Part shown: piece after piece, positions 1 to 11,380 of the stretch
Numbering within the stretch: the stretch's first letter is position 1
Layout: the number at the start of each line of letters is the position of its first letter
Assembly (NCBI RefSeq): GCF_004010195.1
Contig: NC_057750.1
Span: 428,378 to 492,377, forward strand
Source of the DNA: Chiloscyllium plagiosum
Taxonomy: Eukaryota
Reading direction: 5' to 3'
Length of the DNA: 64,000 nucleotides
Notes under the pieces: generated by a model
The model's input: the letters and a program-made list of their open reading frames with translations, nothing else
Told to the model about the DNA's origin: nothing
Database searches by the model: none
Position numbers and translations under genes: made by a program

Positions 1-105
1 ACTGCCTTTATTCCTGATGAAGGGCTTTTGCCCGAAACATCGATTTCGAAGCTCCTTGGATGCTGCCTGAACTGCTGTGCTCTTCCAGCACCACTAATCC
101 AGAAT
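1..105 (+). mobile_element. 3' arm of PLE-type non-autonomous element with hammerhead motif (truncated by window edge)
   Basis: CTGATGA(14-20)-A-GGGC TTTT GCCC-GAAAC-ATC followed by the GATGCTGCCTGA.CTGCTGTGCT.TTCCAGCA tail also seen at 21511-21632, 35011-35103 and 49870-49994. Confidence 0.75.
10..45 (+). ncRNA. Minimal type-I hammerhead ribozyme motif (GTC decayed to ATC)
   Basis: Core CUGAUGA, 4-bp stem II GGGC/GCCC with UUUU loop, GAAA, then C-A-U-C where sister copies have C-G-U-C. Confidence 0.6.
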
Positions 106-2297
106 AATAAATTTAACTGCATTTATTTCAATACAAGAGGCCTAACAGGGAAGGCAGATAAACTCAGGGCATAGTTAGGAACATGGGACTGAGATATCAT
201 AGCAATTACAGAAATGTAGCTCAGGGAGGGACAGGACTGGCAGCTGAATGTTCCAGGATACAAATGTTACAGGAAGCATAGAAAGGGAGGCAAAGAGAAG
301 AGGGAGTGGCATCTTTGATAAGGGATAGCATTACAGCTGTGCTGAGGGAAGATATTCCTGGAAATACATCCAGGGACGTTATTTGGGTGGAACTGAGAAA
401 TAAGAAAGGGATGATCACCTTATTCGGATTGTATTATAGACACCCCAATAGTCAGAGGGAAATTGAGAAACAAACTTGTAAGGAGATCTCGGTTAACTGT
501 AAGAAAAATAGGGTGGTTATGGTCGGTGATTTTAACTTTCTAAACATCGACTGGGACTGCCATAGTGTTAAAGGTTTAGATAGAAAGGAATTTGTTAAGT
601 GTGCACAAGAAGACTTTCTGATTCAGTATGTGGATGTACCTACCAGGGAAGGTGTAACAATTTACCTACTCTTGGGAAATAAGGCAGGGCAGGTGACTGA
701 GGTGTCAGTGGGGGAGGACATTAGGGTCAATGACCGTAATTCTATTAGTTTTAAAATAGTGATGGAAAAGCATAGACCAGATCTTAAAGTTGTAGTTCTA
801 AATTGGAGAAAGGCCAATTTTGACGGTATTAGGCAAGAACCTTCAAAAGCTGATTGGGGGCAGATATTCGCAGGTAAAGGGATGGCTGGAAAATGGAAAG
901 CATTCAGAAGTGAGATAACAAGGGTCCAGAGACAATATATTCCTGTTCGGGTGAAAGGAAAGGCTGGTAGGTATAGAGAATGCTGGATGACTAAAGAAAT
1001 TGAGGGTTTGGTTAAGAAAAAGAAGGAAGCATATGTCAGGTATAGACAGGATAGATCAAGTAAATCCTTAGAAGAGTATAAAGACAGTAGGAATATTCTG
1101 AAGAGGGAAATCAGGAGAGCAAAAAGGGGACATGAGATAGATTTGGCAAATAAAGTTAAGAAGAATCCAAAGGGTTTTTACAATAGGAATAAAGAGAGAA
1201 CTAGCCATTTGGATACAGAACTGGCTTAAAGGTAGAAGAAAGAGGGTGGTGGTGGAGGGTTGGTTTTCAGACTGGAGGCCTGTGACCAGTGGAGTGCCAC
1301 AAGGATCGGTGTTGGGTCCATTAATTTTTGTCATTTATATAAATGAGTTTGGTATGAACATTGGAGGTATAACTAGTCAGTTTGCAGATCACACCAAAAT
1401 TGGAAGTGTAGTGGACAGCGAAGAGGGTTACCTCAAATTACAACGGGATCTTGATCAGATGGACCAATAGAGAGGCAGATGGAGTTTAATTCAGATAAAT
1501 GTGAGGTGCTGCATTTTTGGAAAGCAAATCTTAGCAGGATGTATACACTTAATGGTAAGGTCCGAGGGAGTATTACTGAACAAAGAGACCTTGAAGTGCA
1601 GGTTCAGAGCTCCTTGAAAGTGGAGCTGCAGGTAGGTAGGATAGTGAAGAAGGCGTTTGGTATGCTATCCTTTATTGGTCAGAGCATTGAGTACAGGAGT
1701 TGGGAGGTCATGTTGTGGCTGTACAGGGTATTGGTTAGGCCTCTTTTGCAATATTGCGTGCAATTCTGGTCTCCTTCCTGTTGGAAGGATGATGTGAAAC
1801 TTGAAAGGGTTCAGAAAAGATTTACAAGGATGTTACCAGGGTTGGAGGATTTGACCTATAGGGAGAGGCTGAACAGGCTGGGGCTGTTTTCCCTGGAGCG
1901 TTGGAGGCTGAGGGGTGACCTTATAGAGGTTTATAAAATCATGAGGGGGCATAGATAGGATAAATAGACAAAGTCTTATCCCTGGGATGGGTGAGTCCAG
2001 AACTAAAAGGCATAGGTTTAGGGCGCGAGGGGAAAGATATAAAAGGGACCTAAGGAACAACTTTTTCACAGAGGGTGGTGTGCGTATGGAATGAGCTGCC
2101 AAACAAAATGGTGGAGGCTGGTACAATTGCAACATTTAAAAGACATCTGGATGGGTATATGAATAGGAGGGGTTTAGAGGAATATGGGCCAAGTGCTGAC
2201 AAATGGGGCTAGATTAGGTTGGGATACCTGGTCAGCATGGATGAGTTGGACCGAAGGGTCTATTTCCATGCAGTACATCTGTATGACTCGATGACTG
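106..2297 (+). mobile_element. CR1-clade LINE, ORF2 (APE endonuclease + partial RT) with internal deletion and intact 3' tail
   Basis: ORF 306-1229 has APE motifs (GLYYRHPNS, VMVGDFNF..IDW). ORFs 1246-1958 give SGVPQGSVLGP, FADHTK and YCVQFWSP..LERVQKRFTRM. 3' end GTACATCTGTATGACTCGATGACT. Several frameshifts/stops. Confidence 0.95.
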
Positions 2298-2639
2298 TAA
2301 GATGTAGTTGTATCCATTCCACTGAAGGAACAGTATTACACAGGTGTTGGGAGTGATAGTTAAAGTTATTTCAGAGAATGCTGGCTATTGGAATTGGTGG
2401 GAAGGTGGAGATGAGGGTAATATGAACACTGATCATCTAATTGCGTAAAGGGGGAAGCAAGACCAATTTTTCCATAAAGGAGAACAGGCAGATGAAATTA
2501 AATAATATCAAACCAATTTAGCATCTAATGAGGTACATTCTATAGAAAGGTGTCAAACTCAGTCACTTTGGCCAATTTATTTCAAATAACATTTTATAAA
2601 TAGAAACAAGGAATAAGACAAGACATGACTAACATGACG

Positions 2640-2852
2640 GGACAGAGCTTTAAAGTGAAGGGTGATAGATTTCGGACAGATATCAGGGATAGTTTCTTCA
2701 CTCAGAGTAGTCGGGCGTGGAACGGCCTGCCTGCAACAGTAGTATTTTTGTTGTTAAGGGCATTTAAACGGGCACTGAACATACATATGGATAACAATGG
2801 AATGGTGTAGGTTAGATGGGCATGAGATTATTTTCATAGGTTGGCGCAACAT
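2640..2852 (+). mobile_element. CR1 3' fragment (different subfamily)
   Basis: Translates GQSFKVKGDRFRTDIRDSFFTQ..AWNGLP; close to 26400-26600. Confidence 0.75.
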
Positions 2853-3050
2853 TCACTATCCTATCTACCTGCTACTCTACTTTCAAGGAGCTATGAACCT
2901 GCGCTCCAAGATCCCTTTGCTCAGCAACACTCCCTCGGCCCTTACCATTAGGTGTATAAGTCCTGCTAAAATTTGCTTTCCCAAAATGCAGAACCTCGCA
3001 TTTATTTAACTTAAACTCCATCTGCCACTCCTCAGCCCATTGGCTTCCTG
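2853..3050 (-). mobile_element. CR1 RT C-terminal fragment
   Basis: ORF 2872-3057 QWAEEWQMEFKLNKCEVLHFGKAN matches 1479-1620. Confidence 0.85.
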
Positions 3051-3052
3051 AC

Positions 3053-3492
3053 TCCACTTCCTGAAGTCAATGACTAGCTCTTTCATTTTGCTGACTTTGA
3101 TGGAGAGATTGTTGTCTCATACCATGCCAGTGAGCACACTACCTCATTCCTATGTTACGTCTCATCGTTGTTTGAAATCCGATTTACGAAGGTGGTGTCA
3201 TCAGCAAACTTGTAAACGGAGTTGTAGTGGAATTCGGCCACACAATCGTGAGTGTATAAGGAGTACAGTAGGCAGCTGAGTATGCAGCCTTGTGGGGCAC
3301 TAATATTGAGGATTATCATGGAGGAGGTGTTGTTACTTATCCTTACTGATTATGGTCCGTGAGCCAGAAAGTCGAGGACAGTGGAGAGTGGATCTTGGAG
3401 TTTAGAAATGTGTTTGTTTGGAATTATGGTGTTGAAGGTGGAGCTAAAGTCAATAAGTAGGAGCCTGACGTAGATATCCTTGTTATCTAGAT
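3053..3492 (-). mobile_element. Rex1/Babar-clade LINE RT fragment
   Basis: Minus-strand translation gives YVRLLLIDFSSTFN, APQGCILSCLLYSLYTHDCV and KFADDT, motifs typical of Rex1/Babar RT. Confidence 0.75.
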
Positions 3493-4856
3493 TCATAGGA
3501 AATCAGAGGATTGGGAAGCCTTTGAAAACCAACAGAGGATAACTAAAAACAAAAGCAATATGCAGAGAGAAGATGAAATATGAACTAGTTAAGAATATAA
3601 AAGAAGTTTTATATTCTTTAAGAATATGCAAGAGTTTTTTAGACATATAAAAAGGTAAGAGAAAGGCAAGAGTGGATAAAGAATCACTGGAAAATGAGGT
3701 TGGAGAAGTAGTAATGGGAACAAAGAAACAGTGGATGAACTAAATAGGTACTTTGCATCAATTTTCACAATGCTAAGTAAGCTAACAGCCCATGGTGTTA
3801 AAGTCAAGGTACTGGTATGGATAAAGGATTGGCTGACTGGCAGAAGAGAGAAAGTGGGGATAAAGAGGTAATGTTCAGGATGGCAGTTGGTGACAAGTGG
3901 AGTTCCACAGGGGTCAGTGTTGGGGCCACAACTATTTATGTTATACATTGTGATCTGGATGAAGAAGCCTGTGGCATTGTTGCTAAGTTTGCAAATTACA
4001 TAAAGGTAAGTGGAAGGACAGGTTGTATTGAGGAAGTGGGGAGGCTGCAGAAGAACATGGACAGGCAAGGAAGTGGGCAAAGAGGTGGCAAATGGAATTC
4101 AGCATGGGAAAGTGTGAGGTTATGCACTTTAGTAGGAAGATTAGAGTTGTAGGCTTTTTTTCCACTGGGGACGGGTTTCAGAAATCTGAAGCACAAAGAG
4201 ACTTGGGAACCCTAGCTCAGGGTTCTGTAGATTCAGTTGGCAGTTAGGAAGACAATTGCAATGTTAACATTCATTTTGAGAGGACTAGAATGCAAGAGCT
4301 GAGGCTATATAAGTCTCTGGTCCGACTGCATTTGGAATATTGTGTGCAGTTTTGGGCACTGTTTCTAAGGAAGGATGTGCTAGCTTTGGAGGGGGCCCTG
4401 AGTGGGTTTATAAGAATAATCCCAGGGATGAAAAGCTTGTCATGTGAAGAGTGTTTGAGTCTCTGGGTCTGTACTCGATGGAGGTTAGGAGGATGGCGGG
4501 GGGGGGATCTGATTGAAACTTACAGAATACTGAGAGTGGACATGGAGAAGATGTTTCCATTAGTCCCGAGGACACAGTCTCAGAGTGAAGGGGTGATCCT
4601 TTCAAACTGAGATGAGTAGGAATTCCTTCAGCCAGATGGTGGTGAATCTGTGGAATTCATTGCTGCAGAAGGCTGTGAGGCCAAATCATTGAGGATACTT
4701 AAGGCAGAGATAGATGGGTTCTAGGTTAGTAAAAGGTTACATCACAGGTTACTGGGAGAAGGTGGGAGAATGGAGTTGAGAAACATAGCAGCCATGACTG
4801 AATGGTGGAGCTGACTTTGGGCTGAATGGCCTCATTCTGCTCTTATGTCTTATGGA
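3493..4856 (+). mobile_element. Decayed CR1 LINE (ORF2 pieces + 3' tail)
   Basis: SGVPQGSVLGP (~3897), KFANYIK, YKSLVRLHLEYCVQFWA; 3' tail GGGCTGAATGGCCTCATTCTGCTCTTATGTCTTATGG. Confidence 0.9.
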
Positions 4857-4859
4857 CTC

Positions 4860-6085
4860 TGCTTCCAACATCTTTTCAGAAAGAGAGTTCCAAACTCAGA
4901 CTTGTTTTTAACCTAATCTTGGATATTAAATAGGTGACCCCTGACTTTGGTCAAGTGATCCTTTGCTCTAGATTCTATCTGAAGACACATCATCTTCAAA
5001 TCTTCCTTGTCAGGATAATACATGCTTCAACCAAGTCACCTCTTACTCTAACCCCATAGTCTAAGCATTACCTATCTAACTATTCCTCATAAGACAACCC
5101 ACTCATTCCAGGTATCCTTCTCATCAATCTCTGAATTGCAAGGCTGTTTGGTGAAACATTAACTTGTAAATGTATAAGACACCTTATCTCTGAGGGCATG
5201 GACTGAACAGCTACAGAGGAAAGTTGTTACAATCTACAATTCAAGATCAATTTTTTGACAATTTAGAAGTGATAAATCAAGGACAGTCGGAATTTGTCAC
5301 AGCAAGCTTTGTTTGACCAATCTAATTGAGAGTTTTGAAGCAGTGATTAGATGAAGCCAGTGCAGCAGATGTGGTAAATGTGATTTTTCAGGTGTGACTT
5401 GATGGATGGATACAAAGAGGTCAGACCAACGTGTGTATTTCTGCAATTGGAGAAGAGTGACAGTGATGTGCCCCGGGGAACACTACCGCATTCACCCTTA
5501 GGAGACAGAATTGGACTTGTGCACTGTCTTCAATTTTGCTGACAACATAAAGTTAGGTTCAGCAAGCACAGCAGATTGTCTCGGGAGAAAGAGACAAGCT
5601 AATAGAACAAGCAACAAGCTGTTAATTGCCTATTACTACCTACAACTGCGAGAGGCAAAAACAGAAAAATAGGAGACAGAAATTCAATTGAGAGGTAGGA
5701 CGGTGAGAAGAAGCAGAGGGACAATGGGTTAAGATATTTCATTACACAAATGTGCAAATCCTGATAAATAACATATTAAGGTACTAACAACATTTTGGGT
5801 TTATCAGTGGACCAAGCATTGCATGAGCAAAGAGCTAATGGTCAATGTATGCCATTGCCAGCGGTTAGGACACACTGATGATACTGAGCACCATTTGGAA
5901 CTTCACTTTACAGAGAGAATTCGATGTAAAGGAAGGGAATAGTATAGAATCACCAGGATAATTTCAGGGACAGGGAGATAGAGTGATAAGAACACAAACT
6001 TATGGAAGACATGTTAGGGCAAATATGGAAAGACTATTTGTCTTGTTGGAGAGTTAGTGATGAAAAATCATCAATTTATAAGCAA
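4860..6085. mobile_element. Old, highly degenerate CR1 fragments (minus piece ~4860-5130, plus piece ~5150-6085)
   Basis: Remnants of CLTNLIE (~5310), FADN.K (~5535) and AVKPSVRT..Y..HHL-like stretches; many stops. Confidence 0.55.
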
Positions 6086-6549
6086 TGTATGAGGTCATGC
6101 CTGTCTCCAGGTTCATGCAGATTTCTGTTGATAATGACAATTATTACCACAAGTTCCATGCAATGACCATCTCCAGCAAAATAGAATCTGACCACATCTC
6201 CTTAACCTCAGTTCGATTATTATTGCTCAATCATTCACAGTTAACATCCTAGGTATCAGAGGTGACCAGAATCCAGTCTGGGTCAGCTACTTAAATGCAG
6301 TGGCTACATGAGCAGGTTAGAAACTGGGAATTCTGCAACAAAAGAGCAGCTGAAACTGGATTCTTATTAAGTGACTCAGAAAGGCCTTTTGTGTTAGGTG
6401 CGTATATAAGTAGCCAACTTAGTGTGACGTGGCACGTGCATGTGACCTACAATTGAGTGTCAGAATTAAAATTGAGTGCCAGAGTTAAAAACTTTAGGAG
6501 AGGTAGTGAAAGGAAGATGTTCTGTTTCTTTTGCCTCTCCTTTATCAAT

Positions 6550-6589
6550 CTCCTGTAGCAGAGTAAAGATCTTTACTCTGCTACAGGAG
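6550..6589. repeat. Perfect 40-bp palindrome
   Basis: CTCCTGTAGCAGAGTAAAGA|TCTTTACTCTGCTACAGGAG equals its own reverse complement. Confidence 0.97.
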
Positions 6590-7064
6590 GTGAAGCTCAT
6601 TAATTGGTGTGTTTCTGGCAAGCAATTAACGTTTATTATATTCTTAAGACTCAAAATAATATAGAAACTGGTGGTAAAGTTAATGAAATTAATTAATTAA
6701 TAAAACCAAATATAAAATTGCATACAATAATTAAATAGTTCTTTATAACACGTTAAGGATGGCAGGACAGGTGATGTACTGCAGCTGCAGTATATGAGAG
6801 TTCATGGATTCTAACTGTCCAGAGAAAATATGTCTGCAACATATGCTTGAAGTTCAAGAGTTTTGGCTCAGATTTTATGAACTACAAACACTGCAGCACA
6901 CCAGAGAGGGAACGGTTACCTGGATTCCATGTATCAGGAAGCAGTCATAAATCTTAGAGTTGGAACATCTGATTTGGTCAGGGTTTAGTGGTAAAGAAGT
7001 TTGACCTCAAGTGCAGAAGGTAAAGGGCTCAAAGGGCAGGATTGTAGAAGCATCAGCTCTTTAG

Positions 7065-7235
7065 GGAGACTGTTGCACAGTGGTAATATCACTGGAACAG
7101 TGACCCAGAGACCCAGGTAAGTCTCTGGAGCCTGAGTTCATATCCCACTCATGCAGATGGTGAAATCGAAATTTAAAGTAAACATGTGAAATTAAAACTT
7201 AGTGAAATGATGACCCTGCAATCATTGTCACTTGG
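7065..7235 (+). mobile_element. 5' part of tRNA-derived SINE (same family as 17490 and 51093)
   Basis: CAGTGGTAATATCACTGG..CCAGAGACCCAGG..GAGTTCATATCCC head with A/B-box-like motifs. Confidence 0.6.
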
Positions 7236-8870
7236 TATAAAAGATGAGAGTGAGGGCTACAGTGAGGAATGAGCTGACTGACCATGGCATCATGGTGCAG
7301 CAAGAAGCTTGAGGTGAGAGAGGGTGGAGTTGGAAGGTGTGTAATGGTGGTGAGGAACAATGTCACAAGGGGGATTAACAATGTTCCCTGAGTGTGAGTC
7401 CAAACAAGGGCCAGGGTTAGAAATCTGCCCAGGGATGGAGAGCAATTTGGACTGGGAGGGGGAAAGTCCAGTCCTCATTGTCCATACAGGTGCCAATGAC
7501 GCACACAGAACAAAGAAGGAAACTCTGCATCATCAGTAAAAGGGGCTGGACACCAAATTTAGAAACAGAACCTCAAAAGGTCATAATCTCACTTCCACAC
7601 ATGCACACACATGTGCACACACATGCAGAGTCTAGTGAACACTCAGTGTCACCCAACCAAACCTTCAAATCCACAGGCTCCACTTACCGAACAGACTCCT
7701 TCCATTGCAGCTGTAGGGGCTGGGGCAGCTCTAAAACATAGAGGGAGGGAAAGAGACAGAGTAATCTCTACAGGGCCTTTTGGTGACAGTGAACTGCAAA
7801 TCAAATATAAATCACAAAAATGTTTTGCACTGTTTAAGTTTCTGTGTAGCCCTGATTGTAACTGTATCAACATGACAGTGCAGGAGGTCACATGGGTCAA
7901 AGTCTATGCTGCCTGTGAAGCCTACTACAGCAAAAGGAATAAAGTGGATTCAGGGCAATGGGTCCTGTTGTCACCACTGGCCCTCATCATCAAACATGTT
8001 TATTCTTTCCCCAGCCCCTGTGTAAAAGGATTGGTGTGAACAGGGTAGTCAGTGATGTGTGGGGCAGGGAGATACACAGCAGAAAGGAAGACAATGCATC
8101 AGGATTGTCAGGGATTCGGGAGCCTGCAGGTCTGTTTCCTTGACAATGGGTGGCTCTGTGTGTAATGTGGGGGAAAGAGTCAGACTACAATAGTGATGTG
8201 GGGGAGAAGGTAAGAGGGAGAGAGAAGCTGCAAATGAATGGATATTATTCTAAAACTGTCAATAAAGAAATATTCAGCCAAATTGGAGCTAGCAAAGATT
8301 AAGATCACTGTGGTAATGAATTCCTCAAAAATGAAAGTAAAGTCTACATTTTAAGGCTGCATATGTCCAGGAGCTACTTTGTTAAAAGGAACTTCAAGGG
8401 CACTCTGGTAATGAACACCACCCATCAATTATTAAATGTATATCAGAGATTGAGGTTTGAAATGTACTAACAACGATGGTAATTGCCTGGGTTAAAATGG
8501 CCAGAATTGTGTATGTGTGATACATGTGTATTATCTATGGCCTCATCCTTCCGTATAAGGTGTGTAAAAGTACATATCAGCTATTCTGACAAAAACCTGT
8601 TGTTAACTTATGCTTGCTGTCTTATACACATTTAAATGCTGTGGTGTATTGGGTAATAATGTTTTCCTTCAGTTTTAATTTTAATAGAGGGTTGATAATT
8701 ATTGAGGATATTGGTGAATTCATCTAATTCTGTTTCTGTGCAAGTCCAAATATCCCTTATGTCAATACCAATGCAGAAAGCATTGTTGCAGTGTGACTGT
8801 GTCATCTTACAAATGAATGATAAAGGAGGCCCTGAAAACCAAAAAATAACTAGCTTTCCAAAGTCAAGAA

Positions 8871-9140
8871 GGGCGGCATGGTGACACAGTGGTTAGCACT
8901 GCTGCCTCACAGCGCCAGAGACCCAGGTTCAATTCCCACCTCAGACGACTCTCTGTGTGGGTTTCCTCCAGTTTCCTCTCACAATCCAAAAATGTGCAGG
9001 TTAGGTGAATTGGCCATGCAAAATTGCCCATAGTGTCAGGTGAAGGGGGAAATGGGTCTGGGTGGGTTGCGCTTCGGCGGGTTGGTGTGGACTTGTTGGG
9101 CCGAAGGGCCTGTTTCTACACTGTAAGTAATCTAATCTAA
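8871..9140 (+). mobile_element. HE1-like V-SINE (tRNA-derived head, CR1-derived tail)
   Basis: GGGCGGCATGGTGACACAGTGGTTAGCACTGCTGCCTCACAGC, B-box GTTCAATTC, tail GGGCCGAAGGGCCTGTTTC..CACTGTAA.TAATCTAATCTA. Confidence 0.9.
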
Positions 9141-9904
9141 AAAAGGTAACTCACAAGGAAATTGTCCTCAAAAAGAAATATTTTGGTCTCAGGATCTGAA
9201 AGAAGCTTCTTCATTTTAACCTGACTGTTGAACTGTTAAATGATCACTTGTCACTCTGAGCTTCTGTCAAAGACAGTTTCATCAGAATTCATTTTCTTAA
9301 CCTCTCTTTCTGCCAGTTCTACCTCTTTTGTTGATTTCTTGTAAATTCCTGACAAGGAAGGTTGGTTTCAGTTCCATGGGCTACAGGACAGAATTTTTTA
9401 AAAAAACTTCCTAATTGATTGTAAATAATGTTTTTTTTCCCCCCAGAATCAATGATAATGGAACCGAATGACAGAAATCAGTGCTGCAAAGTAAATGCTG
9501 CAAACACAGTGGGTTTCTAAAAGCTATATCATTTGTCGAGCTTCCCAAAGGTTAATTTCAGATTGAACAATAAGCCATTGAATAGTTTAATTCAGAAAAG
9601 TGCCAAGATCCCTTTCATACATTACCACATTTAAATTAAATGACTGGGATAACACACCAGGTGAGGGATGCTGACAGTCTGGCTGTGTTTGTGAGCCAGA
9701 TTGCGAGTGGCCCAAAAACCTGTTCTGCTCATTTGTTACAGATCTCATGGGAACAGAGAGCTTACCAAATGGTACCTCCAGCTGATAATCAGTGTAGGAT
9801 TAATACACCACTGAAATCAACGCCAGACAGAGAAAGCAACAGAAAGGAAGGCAAAACTCCCATTTTATCCTTTTGGTGGAACATCTTGATATGAATCGCA
9901 CAAG

Positions 9905-10300
9905 TAATTCTCTCTGACCTGTAGTGACAGTTGTAGTTTAGGCACAGCAGCTATTGTAAAGAGCAAAAAGATGATTAATTAACTGATCTCTTCATGTTTT
10001 GGTGATGACTGAGGAAAGAATGATTGCTGAGAGAACTCTTTCACATCCATCTCAGAGAGAGCCTTGATTTAACATTGTATTAGAGAATAGAACAACCCCA
10101 AGAGTGCAACATCCATTATACTGCCCTAGAAAGCACAGCGCTCCCTCAGCACTTGCCCTCCGACGGTGCGGCACTCCCTCAGCACTGACCCTCCGACAGT
10201 GCAGCACTCCCTCAGCACTGATTCTCCGATAGTGCAGCACTCCCTCAGCACTGACCCTCCGACAGTGTGGCACTCCCTCAGTATGGGCCCTCCATCAGTA
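9905..10300 (-). mobile_element. Degenerate Deu-domain SINE with ~5 copies of a 33-bp internal tandem repeat (10133-10290)
   Basis: Unit CAGCACTGACCCTCCGACAGTGCAGCACTCCCT; the flank is a weak reverse-complement match to 11090-11300. Confidence 0.65.
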
Positions 10301-10316
10301 TTATAGAGTTCATTGA

Positions 10317-10507
10317 ATTCATAGAATCCCTGCATGTGGAAATAAGCCATTTGGCTTAACAAGTCCATACCGACCTTCTAAACAGCATTCCCCTATACCC
10401 ACCCTAATCCGGCAAACCTGCACCTCCCATGGCTAATCCCCATAACCTATACATCCCTGGATACTATGGGTAATTTAGCATGGCCAAACCACCATAACCT
10501 GCACATC
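10317..10507 (-). mobile_element. HE1-like SINE, 3' half
   Basis: ATAGAATCCCTGCA..GTGGAAA..AACCTGCACATC matches the reverse tail of other copies. Confidence 0.8.
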
Positions 10508-10584
10508 ATTGTAATGATTGATTATCCCATTATGCCATAGTTTCTCAGTAACAATCACAACTGAATAACAAGTTGTAGTTTAGA

Positions 10585-11095
10585 TGGAGTGTCACACTAT
10601 GGGAAGGTCAATATTGAGGGAGTGCCACATTGTTGAAGGATCAGTGCTGAGGGGGTGCTGAATTTTCAGAGGATTAGTGCTGAGGGAGTGCCGGACTGTT
10701 GGAGAGTCAGTGCTGAGGGAGTGCCGCACTTTTGGAGGATCAGTACTGAGGAAGTGCTGCACTGTCAGATGGTAAATATTGAAGGAGTGCCACACTGTTG
10801 GAGGATAAGTGCTGAAGGAGTGTTGCACTGTCGGACGGTCAGTGGTGAGGGAGTGCCGCACTGTCAGAGGGTCAGTGCTGAGGGAGTACCACACTGTTGG
10901 AGGGTCAGTGCTGAGGGAGTGCCACACTGTTGGAGGATAAGTGCTGAGGGAGTGCTGCACTGTCGGATGGTCAGTGCTGAGGGAGTACCACACTGTGGGA
11001 GGGTCAGTACTGAGGGAGTGCCACACTGTTGGAAGGTCAGTACTGAGGGAGTGCCACACTGTTGGAGGGTCAGTACTGAGGGTGCCACACTGTCA
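10585..11095 (+). repeat. 33-bp minisatellite, ~15 copies
   Basis: Unit approx. GAGGGAGTGCCACACTGTTGGAGGGTCAGTGCT; 11-aa periodicity in ORFs 10592-11059 and 10655-11140. Confidence 0.95.
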
Positions 11096-11380
11096 GATGT
11101 GCCATCGTTTGAAGGAGCTGAAAAACTAAGGTCCTCTTAGATTGATGTAAACTACCTCAGTATTAATTTAAAGAAAAGTCTCTGGTCTTGTGGCCAATAT
11201 TAGTTCTTCAACCACAAAAGCAAATGATCTGGTCATTATTTCACTGCTTTGTGTTAACTTATTGGGAACTGGTTGTGCACTATACATTACAGGAGTAATT
11301 GTACTTCCAAGTACTTCATTTGCACTGAAGCAATTTGAGACATTTGCTGATCATGAAAGTTGCTATACAAATGCATGTTG
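11040..11380 (+). mobile_element. Deu-domain SINE (AmnSINE1/SacSINE1-like) body and 3' tail
   Basis: AGTACTGAGGG..CACTGTC.GA.GTGCC.TC.TT..TGGCCAATATT..TCAACCA..ATCTGGTCATTAT..AAGTACTTCATT..GCTATACAAATGCA, matching the recalled Deu-SINE consensus. Confidence 0.75.

Larger units (their letters stand above)
6340..7595 (+). mobile_element. Decayed CR1 5' UTR and ORF1 (zinc-finger + SGNH esterase remnants), interrupted by a SINE piece
   Basis: ATG at 6759 MAGQVMYCSC.. followed by YVCNIC; ~7455-7500 GESPVLIVHTGAND resembles EEPEVVVHVGTND in the 54690-55574 ORF1. Confidence 0.6.

Noticed and set aside
306..1229. 307-aa ORF as a functional host endonuclease gene
   Set aside because: It is the CR1 ORF2 endonuclease region, lacks its N-terminus in frame, has a degraded SDH motif (NDR) and ends at a deletion junction
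8871..8945. tRNA genes at SINE heads (also 12299, 16125, 42606, 61169)
   Set aside because: A/B boxes are present, but each continues into a SINE body and LINE-derived tail with no complete cloverleaf
10585..11140. CRISPR-like or coding interpretation of the 33-bp array (ORFs of 155 and 161 aa)
   Set aside because: Units are contiguous with no unique spacers and there are no cas genes; the ORFs arise because the unit is 33 bp and stop-free
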